From: an uncultured bacterium
GTDB lineage: Bacteria > Oederibacteriota > PGYV01 > CAWJRG01
Reading direction: 5' to 3'
NCBI GenBank assembly: GCA_963845185.1
Contig: CAWJRG010000009.1
Coordinates: 288,001 to 352,000 of the forward strand
Length of the DNA stretch: 64,000 bases
Shown: one piece after another, positions 9,019 through 19,893 of the stretch
Position numbering within the stretch: position 1 is the stretch's first letter
How the letters are laid out: each line of letters starts with the position of its first letter
The notes under the pieces: generated by a model
Databases searched by the model: none
What the model saw: the letters and a program-made list of their open reading frames with translations, nothing else
Told to the model about the DNA's origin: nothing
Program-made: the position numbers and the translations under genes

Positions 9019-11430
9019 CTATGACCTCAATTCCGCGTTTATTTCACTTTTAAGGTTGGTTATAATACGTTCCATGACTTTGTTTATTTCAATCTCCGAA
9101 AGTGTCTTTTTATCGGACTGAAAAATTATGCTGTAAGTCAAGCTTTTACAACCGGCAGGAACCTGTTCTGCTTTATATAAATCATACAATCTTAATGATT
9201 TTATTAATTGTTTATGTTCTTTGTTAATTATATGTTCGACGTTTATTTGCGGTATATCGTCCTTTACTATCAATGACAAATCCCTTTTGATAACAGGGAA
9301 GGATGATATTTTTTTGTATTTTATGTTTTTTTCAATAAATTTTTTTAATAAATCAAGTTTTATTTCGAAAAGAAAAGCTTTGTCTTTGAATTTGTTTGCA
9401 TACAGGATTTCCTGGCTTAGCTGGCCAATAACACCGATATTTGTGTCACCGATTATGATATCCGATGAATATTCAAAATACCTTGGGATTTCACGTGATA
9501 CATCAAATCTTATATACCTGTCGGTTTTTATATAGTTATAGATTGCGTCAATGACGGATTTTAAATAAAAGAAATCAGTTTTTAACTGGTTATGGTTAAA
9601 CGCTGGCTCAACCAGAAAACCGTAGGATATTGCAGCAAGCATAGGGGACTGGGAATAACCGCTATTTGACTTATTAAATATATTGGCTATTTCAAATAAG
9701 TGAATGTTCTCATTTTCGTTGTTATAATTCGTTACCAAGCTCCTGATTAAATCGGGAATTAGTGTTGTTTTCATGTGTGTTTCTTCATCGTTGAACGGGT
9801 TTTTAAGGGGTATGGCATCTTTACTCAAATAAGTAGGATCAAAATTTATGGATTTTAAAAATTTATTATTAAGAAAACTGTAATTTACTATACTGTTAAA
9901 ACCGCAGCCGGCCATTATATTTGATATATTATTGTTAAATATATTTTCAGGCGTGTCCGAGCCTACGCTTATTTTAGAACACGGGAGAGTAGTTGTTATA
10001 TTATTATAACCGTAAATTTCGGCAACATCCTCTATAACGTCAATCTCCTGTGACATGTCGGGCCTGTAGCCAGGGATTATTATTTCCATGCCGTTAATGG
10101 TTTCCTTGTTTATTTTGAAATGCAGGGCTTCGATAATGGACTTTATTTTGCCGTTTTCAAGGTTAAGGCCGAGTATCTTATTAAGGCGGTCATACCTGAA
10201 AGTTATGGTCCTGGGTTCGTGTTTGCCGGGATAAACATCTATATAATTCGATGAGACTTTGCCGCCGCATATTTCAGCTATAAGCTGGCTTGCCCTGTTA
10301 AGTGCAATATCCACGGAATCCATGTCTATACCGCGCTCGAACCGGTATGATGACTCAGACATCAAACCCAGCGTACGGGAAGTCTTTCTTATGGATGCAG
10401 GGTTAAAGTAAGCGGATTCAAGCACCACGGCAACGGTATCGGGGGATATGGAGAAATTTTCGCCGCCCATTACTCCGGCTATTGCTATAGGGCCGCCATC
10501 ATCGGCTATTACAAGGTCAGCGGTATCGAGTTCGTACAGCTTGCCGTCCAGAGCCTTAATTTTCTCCTTTGCCGCAGCAGTTCTGACCGTAATCTTTGAG
10601 CCCTTTATTTTTGAATAATCAAAAGCATGCAAAGGCTGGTTCAGCTCAAGCATGACATAATTGGTTATGTCGACTATGTTATTTACAGGCCTTATATTTG
10701 AAGCTGTAAGGCGATCTTTAAGCCAACCGGGGGATTCCGAAACTTTTAACCCGGCAATAATTCTTGCCGTGTACCTGGGGCATTTTTTAGAGGAAAGGAT
10801 TTCAACCTTTAAATTTTTGTTTATATCATACTTGGCATCTATATTTAAAGTTTTTACCGCGCAGTCAGGCATTGAAAAGGGAATATTTAATATGCTTGAG
10901 ATAAACCTGGCAATACCGGTCATGCATAAAAGGTCTGGGCGGTTTGGAGTTATTTCGAGATTAAGGATTGTATCGGGCTCTGATGCCTTGAATTCCTGGC
11001 CGGGTATATATTTTTTTTCGTCAAGCACTAAAATGCCGGACGCATCATTACCTAGGCCGAGTTCAACCGAGGAGCAAATCATGCCGTTTGATTCAATACC
11101 GCGTATTTTTGACTGTTTTATATTAATTCCGCATGGAAGTTCGGCGCCTGCAAGGGCCAAAGGAACGGTTTGCCCCTGCTTTACGTTTGGAGCGCCGCAT
11201 ACTACCTTTAAAATCTCTTTGCCGTTGTCTACTTCGCATAAAGAAAGATTGTCGGCATTGGGATGTTTGTCTACTTTCAATACTTTAGCGACTACAACAC
11301 CGGTAAATTCAGGTTTTTTTTCTATTATTTCGGCTACAGCGAGTCCGGCCATGTTTAACTTATCAGCCAGCATTGAAGGAGAGAGGTCTATTTTGATATA
11401 TTCTTTTAGCCAATTGCAACTCATGAACAT
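9019..11430 (-). CDS. pheT: Phenylalanyl-tRNA synthetase beta subunit
   Basis: HPNADNL, VVCGAPN, SNGMICS, EITPNRPD, NNIVDITNYVM, SYRFERG, C-terminal FDX-ACB (RDLS). Confidence 0.97.
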   Translation of the reverse strand: MFMSCNWLKEYIKIDLSPSMLADKLNMAGLAVAEIIEKKPEFTGVVVAKVLKVDKHPNADNLSLCEVDNGKEILKVVCGAPNVKQGQTVPLALAGAELPCGINIKQSKIRGIESNGMICSSVELGLGNDASGILVLDEKKYIPGQEFKASEPDTILNLEITPNRPDLLCMTGIARFISSILNIPFSMPDCAVKTLNIDAKYDINKNLKVEILSSKKCPRYTARIIAGLKVSESPGWLKDRLTASNIRPVNNIVDITNYVMLELNQPLHAFDYSKIKGSKITVRTAAAKEKIKALDGKLYELDTADLVIADDGGPIAIAGVMGGENFSISPDTVAVVLESAYFNPASIRKTSRTLGLMSESSYRFERGIDMDSVDIALNRASQLIAEICGGKVSSNYIDVYPGKHEPRTITFRYDRLNKILGLNLENGKIKSIIEALHFKINKETINGMEIIIPGYRPDMSQEIDVIEDVAEIYGYNNITTTLPCSKISVGSDTPENIFNNNISNIMAGCGFNSIVNYSFLNNKFLKSINFDPTYLSKDAIPLKNPFNDEETHMKTTLIPDLIRSLVTNYNNENENIHLFEIANIFNKSNSGYSQSPMLAAISYGFLVEPAFNHNQLKTDFFYLKSVIDAIYNYIKTDRYIRFDVSREIPRYFEYSSDIIIGDTNIGVIGQLSQEILYANKFKDKAFLFEIKLDLLKKFIEKNIKYKKISSFPVIKRDLSLIVKDDIPQINVEHIINKEHKQLIKSLRLYDLYKAEQVPAGCKSLTYSIIFQSDKKTLSEIEINKVMERIITNLKSEINAELRS

Positions 11431-11785
11431 TATTTAAAAATCCTCCGTATGCATGATAATAAGCCTATTTGTAGCGTAATTATTGCATAAAAGTCAATAT
11501 GTGTCAATCTTTAAAGTCCTGCTTAAATAAATCGTCAATTATTGAATATGCAAGGCAATTATGAGGTTTTTGAATGAAAGAGCATTAAAATTAATATAAT
11601 GCCTTTGAAATAAAGGGATTTTTGCTGGTAAAGGCGGGTAAAAATGGCATAAAGTCGTCGTTTGGTTAAGATTAGTATTTTTCCAGGCAATAGTCGAATT
11701 TACAAGAAATGCGTTCATGAGAACACAAGCTTCCGGCAACGATGGCTTTAGCTGCTTTAGCAGAGAAGGTTAGCCTTGGCCAAGT

Positions 11786-12012
11786 AAAAGCAAGCTAAAA
11801 TCAAACCTATAACCTAGTTTGGAGGTACCAAATGTCTCCAGACATTTGGTATAAGTGCAGGACGATGAAACCGCAGGGCTACAGGGCAATGGCTGTGTGG
11901 GTTTCCATATAGGCCAAACTTATTAAAAATAGTATTTTATGGTTATAACTCATGCCTTATAAAAAAGTTAATCCGGAAAGAAATCCCACAACTTCAGTTG
12001 GTGGGATGAATT
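11786..12012 (+). mobile_element. Possible non-coding remnant of an IS200/IS605-family element
   Basis: Perfect 12-2-12 hairpin at 11826-11851; terminal AATCCCACAACTTCAGTTGGTGGGATGAATT hairpin resembling IS200/IS605 ends as recalled; no transposase ORF. Confidence 0.4.
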
Positions 12013-12217
12013 ATATCCGCTCGACTTCGCTCGGGACTATAGCCTTTCCGGAGGGAACTCTTTATAACCTCCGGTGGGTTTTAGAGGAGTCCCTCATACG
12101 AAGCCTTCGGGATAATAACCTTCGACTCCTGTCGGCGGGGTTCCGCTCTGCTGCAAAAGAAATATTAAAAATTTTTTATGCCGTTGTTACGCATGCAGCA
12201 AAAAAAATAAAAATTCC

Positions 12218-12246
12218 TTGTAAAAAATAAAAAAATATATTACTAT
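12218..12246 (+). promoter_or_regulatory. Putative sigma-70 promoter of prfB
   Basis: TTGTAA-N17-TACTAT. Confidence 0.5.
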
Positions 12247-12277
12247 TTTACACGAATTAAGGCAAGGAGGAATAAAA

Positions 12278-13403
12278 ATGGAAATAAAAGAGATAAAACA
12301 TAATATGAAGGAAGTAAAGGACAGGATATTAAAGCTTGAGGTGTATCTTTGACATCAAGAACAATATGGCTTTAAAGGAAGAGCTGGTCAAGAAAAGCCA
12401 GGAACCGGATTTTTGGAAGGATACTGCAAAAGCAAAAGAAATTCAGTCACATATAAAGCGCATAGAGGCGGACATAAGCAGAATGAATGCTATAAAAAAC
12501 CAGGCGGGCGAGCTGGAAGCGATGATTCAGCTACTGGAGACTGAAAACGACCCGGCTTTGGAAAAAGAACTTTCTATAAAATACCCAGATTTGGTCAAGG
12601 ACATTGACGCTGAAGAGTTCAACCTGATGCTCGGAGGCAAGTACGACAGGAATAACGCTATTGTTACCCTGCATTCCGGTGCCGGAGGCACGGAAGCATG
12701 CGATTGGGTTTCAATGCTATTAAGGATGTACATGATGTGGACAGAGAAAAAGGGATTCAAGACAACCATAACAGATATTCAGCCCGGCGATGAGGCAGGC
12801 ATAAAAAGCGTGACATTTGAAGTGTGCGGCGATTATGCTTACGGCCTTTTTAGGGCGGAAAAAGGCGTGCACAGGCTTGTCCGGATATCGCCTTTTGATT
12901 CAAATAAAAGGCGCCATACTTCATTTGCTTCTGTTGAGATTATACCTGAAATAGACGAAGAAATTGACGTTGAGGTAAAGGAAGAGGATATAAAAATCGA
13001 CACTTACAGGGCATCCGGGGCGGGCGGGCAGCATGTAAACAAGACTGAATCCGCGGTAAGGATAACCCATTTGCCCACCAACATAATAGTCCAATGCCAA
13101 AGCGACAGGTCGCAGATAAAGAACAGGGAAACATGTATGAAGATCTTAAAATCCAAGCTTTTTGTACATTATGAAGAGCAAAAAAAGCAGGAGCTTGTTG
13201 AAATAGCCGGCGAGAAAAAAAGCATAGGATGGAGTAGTCAGATAAGGTCGTATGTATTTCACCCGTACAAAATGATAAAGGACTTAAGAACCGATTATGA
13301 AAGAGGAGACGTGGATAACGTAATGAACGGAGACATAGATGATTATATTCATACGTTTTTAAAAATGGAAGCAGGGGAGAAGAGGCACAAAGACAATGCA
13401 TAA
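12278..13403 (+). CDS. prfB: Peptide chain release factor 2 with programmed +1 frameshift
   Basis: AGGAGG RBS, ATG 12278, in-frame GAGGTG TAT CTT TGA C at 12338-12353; SPF and GGQ motifs in the +1 frame. Confidence 0.97.
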
Positions 13404-14130
13404 AATAAAATTTCAGCTTGAATTTGCGACTTTACTGCCTGCCTTTATAGAGCAGTTTTTAATGACCGATTACGTTGACAACAAGAGTTTTACAAGCATG
13501 GAACTTGAGGATTTAAGGGATGTATTGAAGAAAATAGACGACCCTGCGCTATCGTCCATAAAGGAATTCCTAGCAATTGAGCCGGTTAAGGAGCAGGAAA
13601 AAGAGCCGGAAGAGGAGGAGGAAAAGGAAGAACACGACCATGAAACCGACGGCGAAGACGAGGAAGAAAATATGTATAATTTAGACGGCACTAAAAAGGG
13701 CCTGCTTGACGATGTGGAAGAAGAGTTGGACGAAGTTGATGATTTTAACTTTAACCGCTATACAGCGGAGGAGCTTAAATATATATTTTCACAGGTAATC
13801 GAAAATATAGATGAATTAAGCGGCATTTACAGAAAAAAAAGCGGTCTGGATCTGGCAATTACAATAGGTTTCCAGCTTAATACAAATAAAATGAGCAAGA
13901 AAAGGGAAAAACGAAAAAATTATGAGGCAAGCATGGTTGTTGAATTCGTAAAAATAAAGGATAAGTTCGAGCCTGCGGAGGATTCTTTCCTGCTTCCTAT
14001 AAAGAAGCCGAACGTAAGCGACAGCATAAAGTCAAATGTTTATTTTATTTACAATAAGAAATACGAAAAAAAATACATGGAGTTTTTTGACAAGATAGCT
14101 GAAGTCATGAATATGAAAGACGTGCATTAA
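13396..14130 (+). CDS. Hypothetical acidic protein
   Basis: Long ORF overlapping the prfB stop; Glu/Asp-rich central tract. Confidence 0.7.
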   Translation: MHKIKFQLEFATLLPAFIEQFLMTDYVDNKSFTSMELEDLRDVLKKIDDPALSSIKEFLAIEPVKEQEKEPEEEEEKEEHDHETDGEDEEENMYNLDGTKKGLLDDVEEELDEVDDFNFNRYTAEELKYIFSQVIENIDELSGIYRKKSGLDLAITIGFQLNTNKMSKKREKRKNYEASMVVEFVKIKDKFEPAEDSFLLPIKKPNVSDSIKSNVYFIYNKKYEKKYMEFFDKIAEVMNMKDVH

Positions 14131-14265
14131 TTTATTACATGTCTGCATAAAAAGCCATCCGGGCATTATCCCTGGGTATGACCGCCGCAGGCTATGTATT
14201 TTTTCGACAAGGGATGTTATAATAATTAAGTTCAGTAAATTTCAGCTAAAACCAGGAGGGTTAAA

Positions 14266-16710
14266 ATGAGAAAAAAAATAATCCTGCTCGCGGCACTTTC
14301 TACCCTTGGGGCTTGTTTTTGTTTTGCTTCACCCGGGGATATCCTTAATTTCTGCGTAACCGACGGCCCTGTCGTGAATATGACGGCTACGGCAAATACC
14401 ATCTACTTATGCGGAAACTTTTTTAACATTGGCGAGAGGACAGGCAAAGGAACCGAGGTTGATTTGACCACTGCGCACAGCACCAGGCAGCTGCCAATGA
14501 TAAATAACGTTATAAATGCGGTCGCTTCAGACGGCCAGGGCGGATGGTTTGTAGGCGGGAGTTTCAACCAGGCAGGACAGGTTAGCAAACATAATCTGGC
14601 GCACATTAAAAACGACGGTACATTAGATATTCTCTGGGCCCCAAACCCGAATGGTCAGGTGAACTGCATTGATGCTGTCGGAAATACTGTTTTTGTGGGA
14701 GGAGCTTTCAGTACAATAGGCGGCGGAAACAGCAACGGACTTGCGGCCCTTGACAAGACCACAGGGCTTCTTTTTAATTCAAATCCTCAAATAGAAGGCA
14801 GCGGAGTCTATGCTATAGAAGCAGTTGGCAATACTTTATATATCGGCGGAAATTTTCCGGGCATAAACGGCGTGACAAGAAGCAACATAGCAGCGCTGAA
14901 TATAAATGATTTGAGTTTGCAGTCGTGGGATCCCGAGGCTTTAGGCGGCGAGGTATACGGCATAGACGTCAATGGAAACACTGTCTTTGCGGCAGGGAGT
15001 TTCTTGAGCATAGGAGGCCAGCCAATAGGCTGTTTGGCTGCCCTTGACAGGAATACCGACACAAATAATGCTTTCACGTGGAATCCGGGGTTGAGTAATC
15101 TGGGTAACGGCGTATCCGCATTGTCGGTAGATGTGCAGGGTAATACTATTTTTGTAGCCGGCTCTTATCAGAATGCGAGCTTAATGATGACTGGCTATAT
15201 CGAAGCATTTGCCCTTGATTCAGGCACACTTCTTCCTTGGAACCCGTCACCAAACGGCATAGTCAATAAAATAAAGATAAACGGTGCAAATATTTATGCC
15301 GGAGGATATTTTACCAGCATGAATGGCCAGCAAAGGACATACATTGCCTCTTTTGATACATCCGCTGGCAATATGACAAATTTTGCACCTGATATAATCG
15401 CTCCTATCGGCAGCGGAAATATACTGGATTTTGATTTTTATGCAAATACTATTTATTATGGAGGCAGTATTATCTGCGGTGATGCGGCGTCCAGGTCGTT
15501 TGTGGCTGCAGTGGATGCTGTCACAGGAAGTGTGTCAAACTGGAATCCGTTGCCGGATAATCCTGTTACTTGCCTTGGCATTCAAGGGAACAACGTCATA
15601 GCCGGTGGAAAGTTCAGCAACATAGGCGGTCAGAGCAGGCAATATCTCGCGGCTATTGATATGATTTCGGGCACTGTAACGGCATGGAGTCCGGCATTAT
15701 ATGGCAATGTTACAGCACTGGAAATATACGGTAATACTATTTTTGCGGCAGGCAATTTTCCCCAAGGAGTTGTTGCAATAGACGCGCAATCAGGGCAGAC
15801 ACTTACATGGAACCCGGGCATGACGCCCGCGACTTATAACTGCTTAAAGCTTAATGGAGATACTTTGTATATCGGCGGAGAATTCCAGACAAGCACTACT
15901 AATTGGACCCGCAATTATTTAGCTGCTGTTGATAAAAATACGGGCAATATGCTTGCCTGGAACCCTTCAGTAAATGATTATATAAATTCAGTGGATGTTT
16001 ACGGAAACACGGTTTTTGCCGCGGGAAATTTCACCGTGGCAGGAGGACAGGTAAGAAACGGACTGGCGGCAATCGACGCAGGCTCAGGCGCAGTTACCGC
16101 ATGGGATCCGGGGCTGGAAGCAAACGGGACAACAGTAACAGTCCGTTCCGTAAAAGTATTCGGCAACATGCTGTATATCGGCGGGGGTTTTAATACTTTC
16201 ATGGGCAATTATCTCCAGAACTTCGTTGGTTTTGAAATTGACAACCAATCTATCATGCCGAATACGCCGTCTTTTCAAAACGGCGTTTGCGACAGCCTGC
16301 TTCCTGTGAATACCAGCCTGTATGTTGGAGGGCATTTTACCGGGGCTAATAACAACGCAGATAGCGAGTTCGTAGACCAGGTACAGATAGAACCGATTCC
16401 ACAGCCCACTGCCACGCCTGGGCCAGCGCCGGTGAAAAAATTCCTCATGCAGAAAAATATGGTTGACTTATCAAGAGGAGAGACGGCGTTTATAAGGTTC
16501 CCGGATAGCGAAGCCGGACTCAAAGCAACCATAACAATATATAACAGGAACGTCAAACTGGTCAAAAAAATAGAAACAACCCTTTCGGGCAGCAGTTTTG
16601 AATGGGACGGGAAAGACAGTTCAGGCGCAACCGTGGGAGCGGGAGTTTATGTCATATTCATTGAAACGCCTGATTTCAAGGAAATACTCAAGGTTGTTAT
16701 AATAAAATAA
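14266..16710 (+). CDS. Secreted beta-propeller-like repeat protein with C-terminal FlgD-Ig/T9SS-CTD-like domain
   Basis: Signal peptide; many ~50 aa repeats W.P....V......GNT..(A/V)GG.F....G..R..LAA.D; PTATP linker; WDGKD..G..V..GVY...ILKVVIIK C-terminus. Confidence 0.75.
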   Translation: MRKKIILLAALSTLGACFCFASPGDILNFCVTDGPVVNMTATANTIYLCGNFFNIGERTGKGTEVDLTTAHSTRQLPMINNVINAVASDGQGGWFVGGSFNQAGQVSKHNLAHIKNDGTLDILWAPNPNGQVNCIDAVGNTVFVGGAFSTIGGGNSNGLAALDKTTGLLFNSNPQIEGSGVYAIEAVGNTLYIGGNFPGINGVTRSNIAALNINDLSLQSWDPEALGGEVYGIDVNGNTVFAAGSFLSIGGQPIGCLAALDRNTDTNNAFTWNPGLSNLGNGVSALSVDVQGNTIFVAGSYQNASLMMTGYIEAFALDSGTLLPWNPSPNGIVNKIKINGANIYAGGYFTSMNGQQRTYIASFDTSAGNMTNFAPDIIAPIGSGNILDFDFYANTIYYGGSIICGDAASRSFVAAVDAVTGSVSNWNPLPDNPVTCLGIQGNNVIAGGKFSNIGGQSRQYLAAIDMISGTVTAWSPALYGNVTALEIYGNTIFAAGNFPQGVVAIDAQSGQTLTWNPGMTPATYNCLKLNGDTLYIGGEFQTSTTNWTRNYLAAVDKNTGNMLAWNPSVNDYINSVDVYGNTVFAAGNFTVAGGQVRNGLAAIDAGSGAVTAWDPGLEANGTTVTVRSVKVFGNMLYIGGGFNTFMGNYLQNFVGFEIDNQSIMPNTPSFQNGVCDSLLPVNTSLYVGGHFTGANNNADSEFVDQVQIEPIPQPTATPGPAPVKKFLMQKNMVDLSRGETAFIRFPDSEAGLKATITIYNRNVKLVKKIETTLSGSSFEWDGKDSSGATVGAGVYVIFIETPDFKEILKVVIIK

Positions 16711-16746
16711 TGCAACCCCTCTTCGTGGGGATTGTGCGATAAGGCA

Positions 16747-16792
16747 ACCCCCCTTTGCTTTCCCCCTTGTTAAAGGGGATAATAGGGGTTTT
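16747..16792. repeat. REP-like palindrome (CCCCTT..AAGGGG family)
   Basis: TCCCCCTTGTTAAAGGGGA; related copies at 44878-44932. Confidence 0.5.
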
Positions 16793-16840
16793 TATGGCAG
16801 TTAAAATAAAGCGTAATAAACGAAATTTAAGGAGGTCACT

Positions 16841-17749
16841 ATGAAAAAAGCAATATCAACTGCTTTGCTTTTATTATTCCTTGTCTGTTCCGCATTCGGA
16901 GCAAGCAAGGAAGGAGGGCTTATCCTGGATACAAATTCCGGTGCAAAGCCCGCCAGCCTTGCAGGCGCTTTTACAGCCAGCCAGGGCGATGCGGAATCAA
17001 TCTGGTACAACCCGGCAGGCTTGGCAGGGATTGGGAAGATCGACGTGAAAGCCACATATTTTGCCGATATTACTGGCATGATGAATACGTTTATTAGCGC
17101 AAGCATCCCGCTGAATGTGACTGACAATGTGGGAGTTGGAGCGGCGTACAGTAGCGCGGGTGAAATAAACAATGCTGTCGAGGGCGGGTCTGTGCAGGCG
17201 TATGATATGGCTTTTGTGCTTGGTTACAGCCGTATATTAACAAATGAATTTAAAGCAGGGCTTAACCTGAAATACCTATATTCGAAATTGGGAGATTACA
17301 ACGCTGCAAGCTTAAGCGCGGATTTGGGAATGATTTATGTTCCTATTGATTTTATTTCGGTTGGTTTAGCAATCAGGAATTTTTTGGGCGGGTTAAAATA
17401 CGATACCACAACAACGCCTTTGCCGTTTACACTGGACCTGGGGCTAAGCGTGAAGGCATTAAACATAAACGATAATGTAGTCTCAATAAATCTTGACGGC
17501 AAATACAATGTTGTGGATGCGGATGCTACAGAAGGCATAGGTATTGAATATACTTATGCAAAAGAATTGTTTTTAAGGCTTGGTTATATATTTGAAAATA
17601 ATTCGGCAAATGGAATAACGCTTGGCGCAGGCATGAAAATGGCCATGCCGTGGGGCGCTTTGAACATTGATTACGCGTTTTTGCCTGCCTTTATGACAAG
17701 CGATATGCAGGAGAACAGGAATATCGTGACGCTGGGCGTGGATTTTTAA
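16841..17749 (+). CDS. PorV/PorQ (UPF0164)-like outer-membrane beta-barrel
   Basis: Signal peptide, GAKPASLAGAFTA, SIWYNPAGLA, LFLRLGY, IDYAF, terminal Phe. Confidence 0.8.
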   Translation: MKKAISTALLLLFLVCSAFGASKEGGLILDTNSGAKPASLAGAFTASQGDAESIWYNPAGLAGIGKIDVKATYFADITGMMNTFISASIPLNVTDNVGVGAAYSSAGEINNAVEGGSVQAYDMAFVLGYSRILTNEFKAGLNLKYLYSKLGDYNAASLSADLGMIYVPIDFISVGLAIRNFLGGLKYDTTTTPLPFTLDLGLSVKALNINDNVVSINLDGKYNVVDADATEGIGIEYTYAKELFLRLGYIFENNSANGITLGAGMKMAMPWGALNIDYAFLPAFMTSDMQENRNIVTLGVDF

Positions 17750-18058
17750 TAATTCTTCGCAAAAACCAATCCGTTAGAGGCAGAGCGTAATACGGCATTT
17801 ATTAATATGTTAAATTCAAAAGTTTGTATACGCAGTGCAATCATTAACCTCTTATTTTTGTTCAAATATGCCCATAATGGTTAAAAATTTTGGATCCCGG
17901 AATAGGCGTTAAGTTCATTATAAACTTTAAAAACCGTTTAAAGATGGGAGAAGTATGGTGGCCAGTGTAATCAAATATGCGTGATTGCAGAGAGTTTAAA
18001 ACCACCGTGTGAATGCAAGGATTACCTGAAGTTTACAGGAGTTCAGGAGGAAAATTAT

Positions 18059-19486
18059 ATGCCGCGTATAGTATTAATCGAGGTTTTAAACAAACTTGAC
18101 GAAGTATCGCCTTCTGTATCGCTGGGATATCTGGCTTCGTATCTTTTGAAATATCTTGGGGAAGTCGAGATAAAAATAGAAAGATCCACGGGAAAAATAC
18201 CGATAAAACTGCTTCCCGACGACCTTGTAGGGATTTCTGTTGTAACACAAAATTATAATTTCGCATTAGAACTCGCAAAGAATATAAAAAGCAAATTTAA
18301 ATCGATACCCGTAATAATAGGGGGACATCATATAAGCCCGCTTCCCGAGAGCATGAGCGAAGACATGAATATCGCGGTCCTTTATGAAGGCCATGAGACT
18401 TTCCTGGAGCTTGTTAAATTATATTTCAGTTCGGGATTCAACAAACAAAAATTGCTCAGCGTTATGGGAATAGCTTTCATAGATAAAGGCAAACTCATCA
18501 GGACGCCTGCAAGGCCGTATGTCAAGAATCTGGACGATATACCTCCACCCGCAAGGCACCTTACAATTAAAAGCAAACCGGTAAAAACGCTTGAGATTAT
18601 TACATCCATGGGATGCCCTTATCAATGTGTTTTCTGCGGTTGTTCGGCGTATTGGGGAAAGATACGGTATCACTCACCGGAATATGTAAATGACGAAATT
18701 GACCAGGTCATGTCTGAATATCAGCCGACCCGTTTGAATTTTTTGGATGACCTTATTATAGCCGATAAGGACAGATTTTACAAAATCATAAGCCATTTCA
18801 GGGAAAAGAATTATCACAAGACAACAGACCTGTATTTTACCGGGCATGTAAATTTTATAGACAAGGATTTATGCGAAATGATAAAAGGCATTAAATGCTC
18901 TATTTGGTTTGGATTTGAATCAGGAAGCGATAATATATTGAAAAAGTTCAAAACAGGGAACGTAACCGTTGAAAAAAATCAGAAAATCCTGGATCTATTG
19001 ACCAAATATCCCGATGTGCTGGTTGGAGGTTTTTTTATGTGCGGGCTTCCGGGTGAAACAGTAGAAGACCTTGAAAAAACCTATAAATTTATCTCATCAA
19101 ATAAAAGACTTGACCATTTTGGGATGAGCGTTGTAACGCCTTTCCCAGGCACATATCTATGGAAATATGCGTTTGACAAAGGCCTTGTAAGCGCGCATAT
19201 GGACTGGAACAAGCTTAGGTTTAATTCAAAGACGTCTCTTGCCGGCAAAGTACTGATAAATGACGTAATTACACGCAAAGAATTTGAAAGGATGATGCAT
19301 AAGATTAATAATTACGGATATGGGCTTATCGCGAAAGCATATTCATTTGGGGATATAGTCAGGCTTTTCCGGGTAGACGCACTTTATGTATTGAAAAATA
19401 TCATTGGGAATCCGACCAAATTTTTTAATATACTTTATCAACTGATGGCAACAAAAATCAAACTATTACTGGGAAGTAAAAGATAA
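18059..19486 (+). CDS. B12-binding-domain radical SAM protein
   Basis: SLGYLASYL, IIGGHH, YEG, GCPYQCVFC (CxxxCxxC), GFESGS, TPFPGT; start inferred from the AGGAGG RBS. Confidence 0.9.
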   Translation: MPRIVLIEVLNKLDEVSPSVSLGYLASYLLKYLGEVEIKIERSTGKIPIKLLPDDLVGISVVTQNYNFALELAKNIKSKFKSIPVIIGGHHISPLPESMSEDMNIAVLYEGHETFLELVKLYFSSGFNKQKLLSVMGIAFIDKGKLIRTPARPYVKNLDDIPPPARHLTIKSKPVKTLEIITSMGCPYQCVFCGCSAYWGKIRYHSPEYVNDEIDQVMSEYQPTRLNFLDDLIIADKDRFYKIISHFREKNYHKTTDLYFTGHVNFIDKDLCEMIKGIKCSIWFGFESGSDNILKKFKTGNVTVEKNQKILDLLTKYPDVLVGGFFMCGLPGETVEDLEKTYKFISSNKRLDHFGMSVVTPFPGTYLWKYAFDKGLVSAHMDWNKLRFNSKTSLAGKVLINDVITRKEFERMMHKINNYGYGLIAKAYSFGDIVRLFRVDALYVLKNIIGNPTKFFNILYQLMATKIKLLLGSKR

Positions 19487-19893
19487 GGATTTTTTCAAAA
19501 ATCCGGGTGATTGGGAACAGAACAATTGACGGGCTCAATATACTGCTTTGCCGGTATGTAAATAAAACGGAATTCCCGAATAATTATAAATAGCGGAGGT
19601 TTGGTAAAAAAGATAGCATAATAATTATAAATCAAGAATTTTTAATAAAAACTATCAAACGTAAATTAAGAGCAAATAAAATCTGGCTTGATTTTTTAAA
19701 TGGCTTGCCGGATAATCTGCAATATAATATTGTAAAGGCAATAGAACAGGAAAAACGTGAAGTAACCTATGGCTCGTTTTTTTGGCGTTTATGAATTTCT
19801 TTGCGCCAAAGGCACTCGATAAGATGTTTTATAAGGCGATGGTAAAGAAAAAGTAAATTTTGCAATAAAATATTAAAAGGATAAGATATAGTA

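Noticed and set aside
10661..11437. 258 aa plus-strand ORF
   Set aside because: Antisense shadow of pheT
11952..12230. 92 aa ORF upstream of prfB
   Set aside because: Runs through hairpin/repeat sequence and the prfB promoter; no RBS or protein-like features
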